Assembly (NCBI GenBank): GCA_964016885.1
Contig: OZ024742.1
Location: 227,230,001-227,294,000, forward strand
Direction: 5' to 3'
Source of the DNA: Eledone cirrhosa
Taxonomy: Eukaryota
Length of the DNA stretch: 64,000 nucleotides
A program made the translations under genes and the position numbers. Below are positions 14,439 through 27,535 of the stretch, in pieces. Every line of letters begins with the position of its first letter. Position 1 is the first letter of the stretch. Under the pieces are notes generated by a model. That model worked only from the letters and a program-made list of their open reading frames with translations, did no database searches and was not told the DNA's origin.

Positions 14439-15051
14439 ATATATGCATTGTATAAATGTATTCATGAGTGAATAATGATAATATTATAATAATATAATAT
14501 TAATATTCAGTTTATTTACAAGTAAACAGCCTCATAAAACACCACATGGTAGATGACAATATCGTCCTTTTGTTCCAGCGGTAGCTGAGAGAAAACAATA
14601 GACAATTGACAATTGTTTTGGAGTGTCTTGCTCCTTGTCAAGATTGTGTATTCTCAAATGTATACATCGGCTAATTAGTCTCATTTACATACTGAAAATT
14701 ATATATATATAAAGTTAGTTCAACAACCATCTTTGAAAACACGAGTTTCACCCAACTTTATACTAAACTCATTCTATGTACTGAGTGCTCTACTTACTAC
14801 CCATATAACCTCCCAATGTTCTACCACTATATATATATATATAATATTTTGGCAAAACAAATCTCTTTGAGTTTGTACGTGTGTGATATTTAGTTATAAA
14901 GGTGGGTAAATTCATTCTGATTTATATTTTTAATTATTATGCATCTACCTCTCCTTTCTTAGTTTATAGATTCCATACACTGGTGGTTTTTCCTGTACAT
15001 CAATAAACACGCACTCTCTCTTGTGTGTTATCTTTTCTATATATTATATAT

Positions 15052-15660
15052 AAACTTGAGAGATCTGCATGGTGTAGACATTGATGTTTTAAAGAAACAT
15101 CTTGACATTCTTCTATCCAGGATCCCTGATGAACCCACAGCACGGAAGTAAATTAACCTAAGGACAGCAGCAATGGCCACATCAATGCCCCCCCCCCCCC
15201 AACACAGGCTGGATATAGAACATGTAGCAAGAAGGGCGGTGCCCCAGCATGGCCTCAGCCGGATGGCTGGAACATGTAAAAGAGTGTATATAATGCAAAA
15301 ATGTTTATATATATCTATATGTAGAGAGAGAATAAACATATGCATTATATATACTCTTTTACATGTTCCAGCCATCCGGCTGGGGCCATACTGGGGCACC
15401 GCCCTTTTTGCTACACGTTCTATATCCAGCCTGTGTTGGGGGGCCATTGATGTGGCATCCAGATCTTGTGGCAAATGAGTAGCATCAGCCGGGTTCTTGA
15501 TTGTCTATTGTCTTGATTGTCTATGCTACCTTTGTGTCATCAGCATAGCTAGTGAGGGATGTTGTATGTACTACAGAGGGCATATCTGAAACAGTAGTGG
15601 TCCCAAGACCATGCCCTGGGGCACTCCGTTTGTTATTGCTGTTTCCTTTGAAACAGATGG
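15052..15660. mobile_element. Two CR1/Jockey-group LINE remnants arranged tail-to-tail
   Basis: Plus strand: LRDLHGVDIDVLKKHLDILLSRIPDEPT. Minus strand: GVPQGMVLGP..SYADDT. The shared 3' UTR forms inverted arms at 15176-15308 and 15331-15456. Confidence 0.75.
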
Positions 15661-16086
15661 TCTGCTATCGATCCAATTTTACAGAGCAACTCAGATGTCC
15701 AGGGTCCAAGGAAATCTAAGGTCTCGATGGTAACTGGTGCAAAGAAGAAGCAGCTGGACAAGTTCCAGTATTTGCTTGTTATCCTGTCCCCTGTATTATG
15801 AGCCACAGTACTGGGGTTGGTGGTCGAGGTAACTAAACTGGTGGTGGAGAATGCGTCATAGCATGTTGTTTCCTAGATGAGGGATTTACCTCCTTCGAAA
15901 GGGAAGAATGTAATTCCGTTGGAGCACTTGACGTCACCACGATTGAGGCCTACTGGTTTCAGTTGTAATGGGAAGCAGCTCCTTAAAATAAAATAAAATA
16001 TTAGTAACGCAATGGGGGTCAATTTAATTGACTTTAATTGACTTGCTGGCCTTGTGCCTAAATCAGAAACCCTTATTATTATATGA

Positions 16087-16278
16087 GGGCGGTGGATTGG
16101 CAGTATTGGTAGAGAGTCGGACACCATGCTTTGAAGCATAGAGTTACGTCCCTTTATGATCTGAGTTCAAATCCCGCCGAGGTTAACTTTACCTTTCATC
16201 CTTACGGGGTCCATAAAATAAAGTACCAGTAATGTACTGGGTAACTGCTGGCCTTGTGCCTAAAATAGAAACAATTAT
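16087..16278 (+). mobile_element. tRNA-derived SINE family C (central GAGGTTAACTTTGCCTTTCATCCTTACGGGGTCGATAAAATAAAGTACCAG, resembling the Meta/MESC domain from recall)
   Basis: A-box TGGCAGTATTGG and B-box GTTCAAATCC. Copies at about 8750-8880, 28026-28205, 38130-38320, 55335-55527 (-), 59740-59950, 62690-62790 (-), 63145-63255 and 63400-63580 (-). Confidence 0.85.
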
Positions 16279-17112
16279 TATTATATGATGTAATGCCTAA
16301 CAGTCAAGCTTAACTTGCTTTGATGGCAAGTGTGACGAACATTTACAATGGCATTAGGAAATAAATGTTTTTGTGTTTATAAATAGCTTAGAATGATTCT
16401 TCCATGCAGTAGTTATGTTTCAACACATTGCCTCAAATCAAATCACTTACCAGACATGTATAATTTCTATATATATATATATAGTAACAGTAAATGCAAA
16501 GACCAAAACCCATAGAGCAAATATGTATTATTAATATCGATTAAAAGTTTAAGCAAAGAATTTCTACTTTCACCCGAAGCAGGATCATCTGAAACTGATA
16601 AAAATCAATCTGTAAACGCAGGAGTAAATATTTTTAAAAAGTGATGACCAAATATTACCTTCAGAGAACAGGAAGACATAACGCATATTCTCTTGAGATG
16701 AGCGCATTGTATGGGAGGAGAATTACGTCATTATGTAGAGTGAGAAGAACAAATTCTTGCTATCGAAAAATCAGGAGACTAATATTCTTTTTAGAATAGC
16801 CAAATAATTTCCCTCTGCCATATATAGAAAATGATATTAATAGCAGTAAAATGATTAAACATAAAAATACTGAAGGTATTAATAATAGTAAAAGTAATAA
16901 TAATGAGAACATCAATAGTAATGTTTTCAGATTTAGACTCATAATTAAGTATGTGCTAATCGGTGTGGATGCATGTGTAAACGAAGATATTGTGTGAAAA
17001 TTATACACACACGTATATATATATATATATATATAACGAAGGAAATGTGGTAAGGAACCAGGTGGACCATAACGCACCAAAGTACTCAATACTTAGGGTA
17101 GTAGAGTGGGTA

Positions 17113-17237
17113 ATAGGAACGAGTAGGACTCCGACGGCTGAGCTCAAGCCGTTTCGACGGCTAATTCTGGACTCAATTAGCCGTCCAGAATTAGCCGTCG
17201 AAACGGCTTGAGCTCAGCCGTCGAGGTCCTACTCATT

Positions 17238-17242
<5 letters not shown>
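17113..17242. repeat. Near-perfect 130-bp palindrome (MITE-like foldback)
   Basis: About 60-bp arms, ATAGGAACGAGTAGGAC..TCTGGAC and GTCCAGA..GTCCTACTCATTCCTAT, around a 10-nt spacer. Confidence 0.9.
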
Positions 17243-17287
<45 letters not shown>

Positions 17288-17480
17288 TATACACACACAC
17301 ATGTAGATGGACGTTAAACGATGATGATGATGATGATGATGATGATGTGCGTTTGCATGTATGTGCACAAATATATATATATATATATATACATATACTT
17401 GCATATATATTCATTTAATAGCTATGTGGTTTAAACTCTACTTGAGTATTGAGTACTTTTTCTCATGTTCATCAATACAT

Positions 17481-17517
<37 letters not shown>

Positions 17518-18924
17518 TACCTGTACCCTTATATCAGGGAGATTTGGCGTGATGCTCTGTCTGAAAAGACTGGCCGTTTGAATTATAGGTACAACTCACT
17601 ATTGCTTGCTGTAAGGACTAGAGCAATGTGAAATAAAGTGTTGTGCTAAAGAACACCTGGGATTCAAACTCACAACTCTACGAATGTGAGCCAAACTGGA
17701 CTAACTTCAAATAGGTGACTAACTTCAAAGCCACAGAACCGTGACATTACTAAGATTTGAAGTTGTGACCATGTTGTCAGTCAGTTATCCACCAATTTCA
17801 CCCCCAAAGCCAATTCATCAACATCCTTTTTACATCCATTTTTTTCATGCTTGCACGGTTTGGATGAGTCTCTGCCAGCTCATGGCTTCCTTCCATTCAC
17901 TGCATTTCTTCGTTATCTTCTCTGTGAGGTTCAGTATTTTGAGATTCCTTCTCATCACGTTTTTCTGGGTCTTTTTTACAGCTGCTTCCCTCCATCATCA
18001 TCATCATTGTTTTATATGTGCTTATGTCTTGCTCATATTTTTTATATTTTGGAATGGTTTTTATGAATGGATATTCTTCCTAATGCCAACCACTTTAGAG
18101 AGTGTACTGGATGCATTTTATTAAGAATTACAAAAACACAACACAATAACTTTTTTCTTTGTTGCAGACTAACAAAATAATTTATCTTATAAATTCTAAA
18201 ATAAAATAAATTGTTTTATAAGTCATCAGCATTAGCATCAGCATCATAACTATTTAATGTCTATTTTCCATGCAGGCTGTTATGTACTGAAGCTAGACAG
18301 ATCAAGGCTATGTCATACTCTGTTTTTGTTTTGGTTTCTACACCTGAATCCCTTCCTAATGTTAACCACTTTACAGTGTGTGCTGAAGCATTTTATCATG
18401 ACGCTGGCTTTACCACCTTACAGGGTGGACTGGGTGCTTTTTGTCATGGCACTAGCACTACTACTTTACAGAATGTACTGGGTGCATTTTATTGTGGCAT
18501 TACAACACTAGCTTGCTAAGTGTGTCCTTGGTCATGCTGGGGAGACATTGATGTGAGTGAGGAGGAATGAGGGGAGTATAGGCTATAGGCTGCTTGTCGG
18601 GGGTAGGGGTGACATCCCACCATGGGAGATTCATTAATTATAATTCTAAGCAACTATATATGTAATTGTGTCTGAATATATATGATGGAAAGAAATCAAT
18701 AATACAAGAAAATCAAAAGAAACATATTCTTAGATCTTGTAATAGATATGGTTCTTCATTTTCTCTTCATTTGATGTGAAATATTAAAATAACATCATCA
18801 TCATCATTTGTGTCCATTTTTCCATGCATGCATGGGTTAGATGAGTCTCCTCCAGTACAGCATTTCACCACTTTTTTCTTTGGTTTGTTATCTCTTCTGT
18901 AATGTTCAGCTATCATCGCCTCTA

Positions 18925-19580
18925 CCCACATCTTCCTAGGTTAAACTCTACCACATCTTCCACTCCACCACATCTTTCGACGCTTAACTCCACCACATCT
19001 TCCTAGGTCTAAGTCTACCACATCTTCCCAGGCTTAACTTTACCACATCTTCCTAGGTCTAAGTCTACCACATCTTCCTAGGTCTAAGTCTACCACATCT
19101 TCCCAGGCTTAACTTTACCACATCTTCCTAGGTCTAAGTCTACCACATCTTCCTAGGTCTAAGTCTACCACATCTTCCTAGGTCTAAGTCTACCACATCT
19201 TCCCAGGCTTAACTCCACCACATTTTCCTAGGTCTAAGTCTACCACATCTTCCTAGGTCTAAGTCTACCACATCTTCCTAGGTCTAAGTCTACCACATCT
19301 TCCTAGGTCTAAGTCTACCACATCTTCCTAAGCTTAACTCCACCACATTTTCCTAGGTCTAAGTCTACCACATCTTACTAAGCTTAACTCTACCACATTT
19401 TCCCAGGCTTAACTCTACCACATCTTCCTAGGTCTAAGTCTACCACATCTTCCTAAGCTTAACTCTACCACATTTTCCCAGGCTTAACTCTACCACATCT
19501 TCCTAGGTCTAAGTCTACCACATCTTCCTAAGCTTAACTCTACCACATCTTCCCAGGCTTAACTCCACCACATCTTCCTT
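18925..19580. repeat. 25-bp minisatellite (TACCACATCTTCCTAGGTCTAAGTC), about 25 copies, inside an RTE remnant
   Basis: Direct tandem repeat. The reverse complement encodes RPRKMW, and the flanks are RTE 3' sequence. Confidence 0.9.
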
Positions 19581-20404
19581 CCAGTTGGAATACCTGCTAT
19601 GTCTTCACTTAACAATCCTCCTCCATACACATCATATGTCAATACCAGTGAAATTTTCATACTACATTTGATTCCATTATGTAGTTTTTCTCTCAATCTA
19701 TTGGATCTCCATCAGTTGAGACGAATGTGTATCTCAGTTATTTGACGAAAGGAACAGCATGTTCATGAAATTAATGAGTAAGTAACCGAACATTCCATAG
19801 ACACATGCACCTTTAACATAATTCTCAGGGAGATTTAGCATGACAGCATGTGACAATACTGGTTCTTTTAATTACAAGTACAACTACTACTAAGCTACAC
19901 ACCTACACAATCTTCATCCATACACATCACATGTCCATACTAATGCAATCTTCTCAATTGCATACATCTGATTCCTCTTATGTTCATTTTTTTTATTTTA
20001 TATATAATTATTTTAATTCCACAAACAAAAACAAAATGTTTATATTTAAATTTAGACCTACTATCATAATTTTGTGTGTGAACCTTTATGTTCCAAACAT
20101 CAGCTTTATAATGAGAAAGTTACTTTGCTATTAAATCCCTCCAAATTCTTTATTATTTTCAAAATTATTTGAAAATTATAGGCATTAGAAATATCTTAAC
20201 AAAAGTGTTAAAGTGTTTATCATCATTATCAGTGTCATCTTAACATCTACTTTCCCAACTAACAAGGGTTGGACGGGTCTACATAGACCAAATAATTACT
20301 GAAGTGGAACCACTGATCTCCCGGGTAGGCTAGGGATCTGTGTCTTGCTTTATGTATGGCCAACACTCCACCTACTAATTTGATCGCCTAGGTAGAGAAA
20401 GCTG

Positions 20405-20598
20405 TCACCAACTTCTATGGAGCCCCCCTGTGCATCTGCCGCATATAAAGCCTATCTTTTCCGTTAGCCTACCTGCAATCCCACTACAGCTCTTGTGCGC
20501 CCATAGTTTACATTGTGTGCACCTTATGGAATTTCTGCCCACCCCTTTTTGACATATCAAACAAGGCCACTTTCCTGATGGAATCAACTTCCTGTATT
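20405..20598 (-). pseudogene. RTE LINE fragment with PHD-like finger
   Basis: IPSGKWPCLICQKGVGRNSIRCTQCKLWAHKSCSGIAGRL..FICGRC. Confidence 0.8.
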
Positions 20599-21234
20599 CT
20601 AACCCTAACCCTAAACCTAACACTAACCCTAACCGCTATCCTAACCCCGATACCCTAATCCTATCCCTAACCCTAACCTAACACTAACCCAATACGTAAC
20701 TCTAACCCAAAACCTAATTCTGACTCTAATCCTTACCATAACCCTAAGCCTAACACTAATGCTAACTCTAACCCTAAAACTGAGCCTAAATGTAACCTTT
20801 AACCTAACCCCAAACCTAACCCTAAGGCTAACTCTAACCCAAAGCAACCCAAACCAACACCACACAACAAACCCTAAACTTAACCTTATTGCTAACCCTA
20901 AACCCAAACCTAACCCTAAAATCAACCCTAACCCTATCCTTAACCGTAACCCTAATGCCAATATTAACCCGATTACTAACCCTCTACCTAACACCAACTC
21001 TAACACTAACCCTAACTCTAACCCTAAAACTAACCTTAGCCTAAACCTAACAATAACACACACCCTAACCCTAATCATAACACAAACTAACTATATCCAT
21101 AAATTTAATGCTAACATTAACACTATCCGTAACACTGAAACTAACCATACCACTAAACCCTTTCCTAAACATAACCCTAACTCTCACACTAACTCTAAAT
21201 ACCAATCTAACCCTAACCGTAAAGCTAAACCTAA
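20599..21234. repeat. Degenerate telomere-like (TAACCC)n tract, left part
   Basis: 6-bp periodic CTAACC variants. Confidence 0.9.
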
Positions 21235-21500
21235 TGTAATGCGAAAGCTACTGCACTTACCGCAATTCTGCTAGCTAGCCTCGTCCACGTGGGTATATCC
21301 GTTCGTCAGTTGCAGCTCGCATTCACACGTCCGTTCGTCGCGGGTCACAGCTGAAAGAGGGCCCCCAGATGCTCCTGGGTACGCATCTCACGTCACTTCC
21401 TCTTCCGCCTCCGGTCGATCGTCCCCAGCTTCCGGTCACCTCCTCCACACCACCACACTATCCCCACACACACCCCTGATCTCAAGGATCAATCTCCCCC

Positions 21501-22337
21501 TCACACTGCTGCATATGATAATCTGCCGTGAGCCAGGCGGTCGGCAATCTCGCTGTGATCTCCATCATATTGGAGCGGCACTTTGGATTTCCTCTTCCTC
21601 GGAGTCCGTCGACACAACGACTCTACGGACATCCAGGATATGACGTGGCACTCCGTCCACGGACATGTTATGTTATTCTGGGAATTTACGGCCATTACCG
21701 TTCCCTTTCCCCATTGAGATGTGCAACATGTGTCTGGGGGCTTAACCCAGACTTCTTCGCCCACCTGTACGAATGCGTTCTCTCTCTCCACTGGCCATTG
21801 TGGTACAGTGCACGGGTGCCGCCACTCATATCTGTATATTGCTCTGTGTGGCACCGATTCCTCAGCCTGTCCCACCCGAGGGGACATGTTGTACCAAAAC
21901 ACTGCCTCCATTGGTGAGATGTGCCCCCGCTCCGCCATTGCTTTGATTGTGCAGTGGTGTCGCTCCACGATTCCATTTCCGCTTGGCCTGTATGCTGCTC
22001 TGAAGAAGCAGTCCACCTTCCACTCATCAAGCATCTCCCTCAGTGCCTCCGAGCGGAATGCTGCGCTGTTGTCCATCAGCAGTTCATCCACAGGGCCCTG
22101 CTCCAAGAATATCTCTCTCAACTTCCATGTGATTTCCTCCGCAGTTCCCGTCTTCATTTCCCTCCATATCGCCATTCGTCCCAGTCCACAGTCAACTATC
22201 GAGAGGTATGTCCCCTGTCGGTAGTGTGTTGCGTCCACCGCCAATCGCTTCCAGTCGCGATCCACCGGGAGACTTCCCGTCTTGTGCACACCTGGGGCGG
22301 GATCGATAGACTGACATCGGACGCAGACTCTGACCAC
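21501..22337 (-). pseudogene. Gypsy integrase
   Basis: CVRC zinc motif, and the DDE triad in AVDATHY, MDNSAAF and GNGIVERH. Confidence 0.9.
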
Positions 22338-23700
22338 TGTCTCTGCTAACGTCGGAGTCGATTCTCCTGGCTAGGAATAGGGTCCGATCCACTCCCATGT
22401 GGTGCATGGCATGCAACCTTTTAAGGTCCAACTCGCTCAGCCGACACACAGCAGCTATCTCCTCTTCTACATCCTCCGGCGCTTCCATCCAGGCTTTCTT
22501 CACCCTGGTTAGAACGTCTGCTCTATTTTTCTCTGAGGGCACGAAGACCACACTCAACCTCAGGTTGAACTCGGCAGCCAGCTCTCCTAGAGTTCCCAGG
22601 CGGCGCTTTATCAGCATTTCCGCCGCCCCTCTCGTTCGCGCTCTCTTCTCACTGGTAAGCACTGATCTCACCCATCCGAGTACAGATGCCGAGTTGGTGC
22701 GAATCTGAATGGTGTGCAGTCCCCACCTCAGGGCGAGGTTTACTCCTCTCAACACCGCGTCCAGCTCGACCACATTGATGTGGTTGAAATCATCCTTCTT
22801 CCTGAGCCAGGCTGCATCCTCGACCTCGATACCTCCTATCTCCAGCGTGACACCCAACGCTATGCTGCTGGCATCGCACCATACGGTCTCTCTCTGCGAT
22901 TCGGGGACATACCAGCGTCCTCGCACCGGGTCGTCGGCCTTCACCCTCCTCACAATCTCCTGCATCATGGCCACCGTCCTCTCTCCCACCCTGTCACTCC
23001 AAGTCATCCCGCCCGCTCGTCTCTTGACATAGCTGCATGCCGCCCGGAGCCACCCAGCGATTGGGTAGTGACCCACCAATTTTCCACACGCCGAGAACAG
23101 TTCTCCTCTATTCATATTTGGGCCCAGTTCCGGGACTTCATTTTCCCCTCCGAAATACTAACGTGCCCGTCTTATCTCTTCGCAGCCTAAGTCCCAGCGT
23201 GGCTCCTCCCTCCAACGCCTCCGACGGCTTCGCAGTCAATCCGTACCCTTGGAAATGGTTCGTGACCTCCGCCGCCGACACTACAGTCTCGTCCTGTAGG
23301 ATGTCGTCGATGTAGGAACTGGTAACCCTCTTCATCTTGTCGGCCTTTTCCAGAATGGTCTTGAGGACCGCCGCCATGATCTTCGGTGCAGAGTTCAGCC
23401 CGAAGCCGAGCCTGGTCAGGTATATGTCCGGCCCTTATACCTGACCAGCTGATACTGCTACAGCTTCTCCCCCACGTGTAGCTGGAGATATGCCGACTTT
23501 AAATCGACGATTGTCCAATACCGGTCTCACCTTATTCTTCGTGGGTTGCGCCACCGCCATTAACGGCAGTACTCCACACTTCACCTCCTCTTTCCAGGGA
23601 AGCAGTATGCCCTCCTCAATCCATCTCTCTACCTCTCGTTCCTAGTGTCTCCTTCCAATGTATGCTGATAGCAGCCCACTTTGTTCTTCAGTGTTGGTGG
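22338..23700 (-). pseudogene. Gypsy RT/RNase H (frameshifted)
   Basis: SYIDDIL, CDASSIALG and HINVVELDAV; upstream VDLKSAYLQL and TRLGFGLNSAP on the minus strand. Confidence 0.88.
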
Positions 23701-23781
23701 TTCTCCCTTCCAGTACCACTCAACAACCCATCGTTGCCCGTCGAACACGGCTTTGAAGTCCTTATCCTGCTGCAAAAATAT

Positions 23782-24003
23782 CTACACGCTCACCGTTCCA
23801 CCTAATCCTTGCCAGCTTAACAACGCGATAAGCGGTCCTTCCGCGAACGCTTCCATCATACGCGCGTCCGTCTGGCTGAGGTCGTCCATCTCGAGGTACA
23901 ACGCTAGCACGTCGCCTTCGAGATAGAGTGCGATGAGGCCCGCTACATCGTCTATCTTTTGTAGCTCAGCGACCAGCCGAACCTTTTGCATCGTCACCTT
24001 CAC
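23782..24003 (-). pseudogene. Gypsy gag fragment
   Basis: KVRLVAELQKIDDVAGLIALYLEGDVLALYLEM, positioned just inside the 5' LTR. Confidence 0.6.
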
Positions 24004-24418
24004 TAGTAAAAGCTCTAATTACTTCTCCGTTCACCCGTAATCTCGTCGCCATCTCCTTAGTCCTGCGGTAAGTAACAAACAACAGAATCCTCTGTTTTCC
24101 AGTAGCTTTGTCTTAAAAAAAAATTCTCCCTTCTTTTTTTCAATTGTAAGTCTTCAGATGCCGAAATAGCTTGTAATGAGAAAGCTACTGCATTTACAGC
24201 AATTCTGCTATCTCACTCAGCGAGCTAGCCTCATCCACGTGGGTATATCCGTTCGTTAGTTGCAGCTCGCATTCACACGTCCGTTCGTCGCGGGTCACAG
24301 CCGATAGAGGGCCCCCAGATGCTCCTGGGTACGCATCTCACGTCACTTCCTCTTCCGCCTCCAGTCGATCGTCCCCAGCTTCCGGTTACCTCCTCCACAC
24401 CACCACACTATCCCCACA

Positions 24419-25577
24419 CCTAACACTAACCCCTAACACTGAACTTAACTATAAACCTAACTTTAACCCTACTCCTAACCCTAACGCTAATACTAACCAT
24501 AAACCCAACCCTAAACCTAATGCTAACAATGACCCTAACACTAACTCTAACCCTAATCATAACTCTGTAAACCTAACCCTAAACCATCCTTAATGTTAAC
24601 CCTAACACAAAGCCTAAACATAACCCTATCTCTAACCCAAACATAACTATAACCTTAACCATATCCCTAACCCTAAACCTAACTCTAAACCTAACTTTAT
24701 TCCTAGCACTAACCCTAAAACTATCCCTACCCCTAATCCTATCTCTCACGTAACCCTAACTCTTAACTGATCCTTAACCCTAAACTTAACCCTACCACTA
24801 ACCCTAAATATAACCCTAACACTTAACTTTACCCTAACCCTAACCCCAGCCCTAACCTTAAAACCAATGCCGACCCCCAACTCAAATCCTAACCTGGACC
24901 TTACCCTTAATCTTTCCCTAACATATCACTAATTCTAACCCTAAGACTAAGCCTTCACCTAAACCTAACCCCAACCCTAAATCTAATACTAACCCTTACC
25001 CTACCACCAACCCTTTCCGTAGCCCTATCCCTAACGATAACTCTAACAATTAACTTTAACTCTAACAATACTGTAACCCTAACCCTACGCTTACCCTGTC
25101 CCTAACTCTTACCCTAACCTTAAACCTAAACCTAACCCTAACTCTAACATTAACGTTAACCCTAACCTTAAGCCAAACCCCAACCATAACACTAACCTTA
25201 ACACTACCTGACGCTGGCCCTAACCTCAACAGTTAGCCTGGCACTTAGTCGAACACTAACCCTAGCCCTAACGCTAAAACTGACACAACCCTAACACAAA
25301 CCCTGACACTGAACCTGATCCTTAAACTAACATTCACTCAAATCTGAATCCTAACATTATCCCTTACACTAAGCCTGACCTTAGCTCTTACCCCAACCTT
25401 AAACCTAACCTTAATCCTAGCCCTAACACTATCTATAACAATAAACCTAATACTAACACTAAGCCTAACCCTAATCCTAAACCTATCCCCAACACTAACA
25501 CTAAACCTAATCCTAACTCTAACCTAAAACTAAATCCAACCCTAACACTAACCCTAACATTAACCTAACCCTAACAC
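24419..25577. repeat. Degenerate telomere-like (TAACCC)n tract, right part
   Basis: Continuation of the hexamer array after the Gypsy TSD. Confidence 0.9.
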
Positions 25578-25629
25578 GAGTCCTTGTGTATATAAGTCAA
25601 TTTTTCATTGAGTTTATGGAACGGTCTAA

Positions 25630-25679
<50 letters not shown>

Positions 25680-26169
25680 GCGCGAAGGTCTAGTTGATGT
25701 CTAAGTAATTTACACCAGTCAAATTGGTGGCTACATTGACTTATGTCCTAACTCATTGAACGTGGCTATCTGTTTTTTTTCTAAATCGGTCAAGGTCGTG
25801 ACCGCTTTTATGGCTCGATAAGGTTCAGACTGTAGTCATGGCATAAACCCGTGTGGAAGTCTGGGAATTTGACTCGCAACGTATCTAATATATATAACAC
25901 AACCAAATCGTATACATCAGCACAATTGAAGACGTCAAATAGTTCTGAGGTAGTTGAATTTTTTTGCCCAGGCTACACCATTTCTAAAGAGGAGGGTTTT
26001 TCTGCATTGAATAACGATCTGTCAATCTAAGTCATAGACAGAGGTATATGTATTGGCGAACTCCAACGCTTTATCCAACAGTTTCTGTTACGTAACTGGA
26101 AGGACCTAGGATCACCAGAAGTTTAACCCGGACTGAACAAACACAAACGAAAGTTGCCCCACCTATAAC

Positions 26170-26548
26170 AGTCTAATTTGAGTGGTTTTCCCATTAGTGA
26201 GCAAGTCAGATGTTTTTTCTGGCTCAGTCAGCATCTCATTAAAGCTCCTTGCTAGAGCTCCATGTGTCCCTGTTTTAGTCAAATGTTTGGGATCTTATGT
26301 CCTGGAGTCTTTCAATTGGCTGTTCTTTTTACTGTGCTAGACACATTATCTGTTGTGATGACTTCCCACAATTGTTCAGGTGCTGTGTTGGTTGTCCCTG
26401 TATACTGTAATTTATCTTCTCCTGCTCATAATTTTCTCCAGAACTCTTCCATTACTTTTACATATTGGATTACACTTCCTTCTATTTTGCTCCTATTAAG
26501 TTCCTAGTAGAGTTATTTGGGGTTGGAGTGGAATAGCTTGTTTTGTTA
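26170..26548 (-). pseudogene. Old R4/Dong-type LINE fragment (pre-RT and RT start)
   Basis: QNKLFHSNP..EEFWRKL and AN*KTPGH.IPN..LARSFNEML..LLTNGKTT, with many stops. Confidence 0.6.
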
Positions 26549-26575
26549 AAAAAAACTTTTATTATTATTATTATG

Positions 26576-26618
<43 letters not shown>

Positions 26619-26619
26619 T

Positions 26620-27535
26620 TTGAGTCTCAGTCATTGATGTTAGTTAACTGGAAAGTTTGTTGAAATGAATATCAAGCCACTACCTGCAGCCTCAGATATT
26701 CAGGACGTATCGGAGGGTTCTTGCTGTTCCCAGCAAGCATGCCTTTTGAAGCGTTCCAAAAAGCGTGAAGGGGCCAATTTTCTTTAACCATCCCTGGAAA
26801 CTTTTTGAGATAGTCCCTAGTGCGCCTATGACAATCGGGATCACTTTGACTTCATGGCAGTTCCAAATCCTTTTTACCTCCCACTTTAAGTCCTGGTATC
26901 GGTTAATTTTCTCCCTCTCCTTCTCTTGCACTCTCGTGTCGAATGGGCAGGCCACATCCACAATCAGGCACGATCTTTTTTCTTTGTCCACAACCACCAG
27001 GTCAGGTCTATTGTGTTCCAGTTTCTTGTCCGTCTGTATCCTAAAATCCCACAGCACCTTCACCTGATCGTTTTCTATCACCGACTCTGGCTTATGTTCA
27101 TACCACTTCTCAGAATGTGGTAAATTGTTTACTTTGCATAGGTGCCAGTGGATCACCCTGCCCATCACATCATGTCTCCAGCCTTTATAGTGAGTCTGGG
27201 CTAGGTGTTTACACTTGGATACAATGTGAGCCACAGTCTCCTCTCTCTCTCCACAGATCCTGCACAGTGGGCTAGCCTCCTCCTTGTAAATATGGTGTTT
27301 CAACCACTTCGTTTTGAGGGCCTGCTCCTGCGCAGCCATTAACATTCCTTCTGTAGCCTTTTTAAGGTCTCCTCTTTTCAACCAGTTCCATGTCTGTGGA
27401 TCTCTAAATTCAGTTTTCTCAAAGAAGGTACTATGAAGGGATTTTTCCTGAAGGCTGCTCTTTCTCCTTGATGTTATTTCCTCCTTGGACATCCCCTGGC
27501 CTATTTTCCCCTCCGCATTGGCTCCTTACTATCAG
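26620..27535 (-). mobile_element. R4/Dong-type LINE 3' portion (CCHC finger plus restriction-like endonuclease), ending in (TAA)n
   Basis: ORF 26692-27492: CRICGEREETVAHIVSKC, RHD, NRPDLVV..IVDVACP, EKINRYQDL, PIVIGALG. Confidence 0.92.

Larger units (their letters stand above)
21235..24418 (-). mobile_element. Ty3/Gypsy LTR retrotransposon, internally deleted and decayed (about 3.2 kb)
   Basis: LTRs at 21235-21468 and 24172-24418 (TGT..ACA), 5-bp TSD CCTAA at 21230-21234 and 24419-24423, domain order gag-RT-RNase H-integrase. Confidence 0.95.

Noticed and set aside
16087-16180. tRNA genes at A/B-box sites
   Set aside because: These are SINE heads without a complete cloverleaf, and they continue into shared SINE bodies.
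20641-21274. Leu/Gly-rich or Asn/Pro-rich protein ORFs
   Set aside because: Translations of the degenerate TAACCC array.
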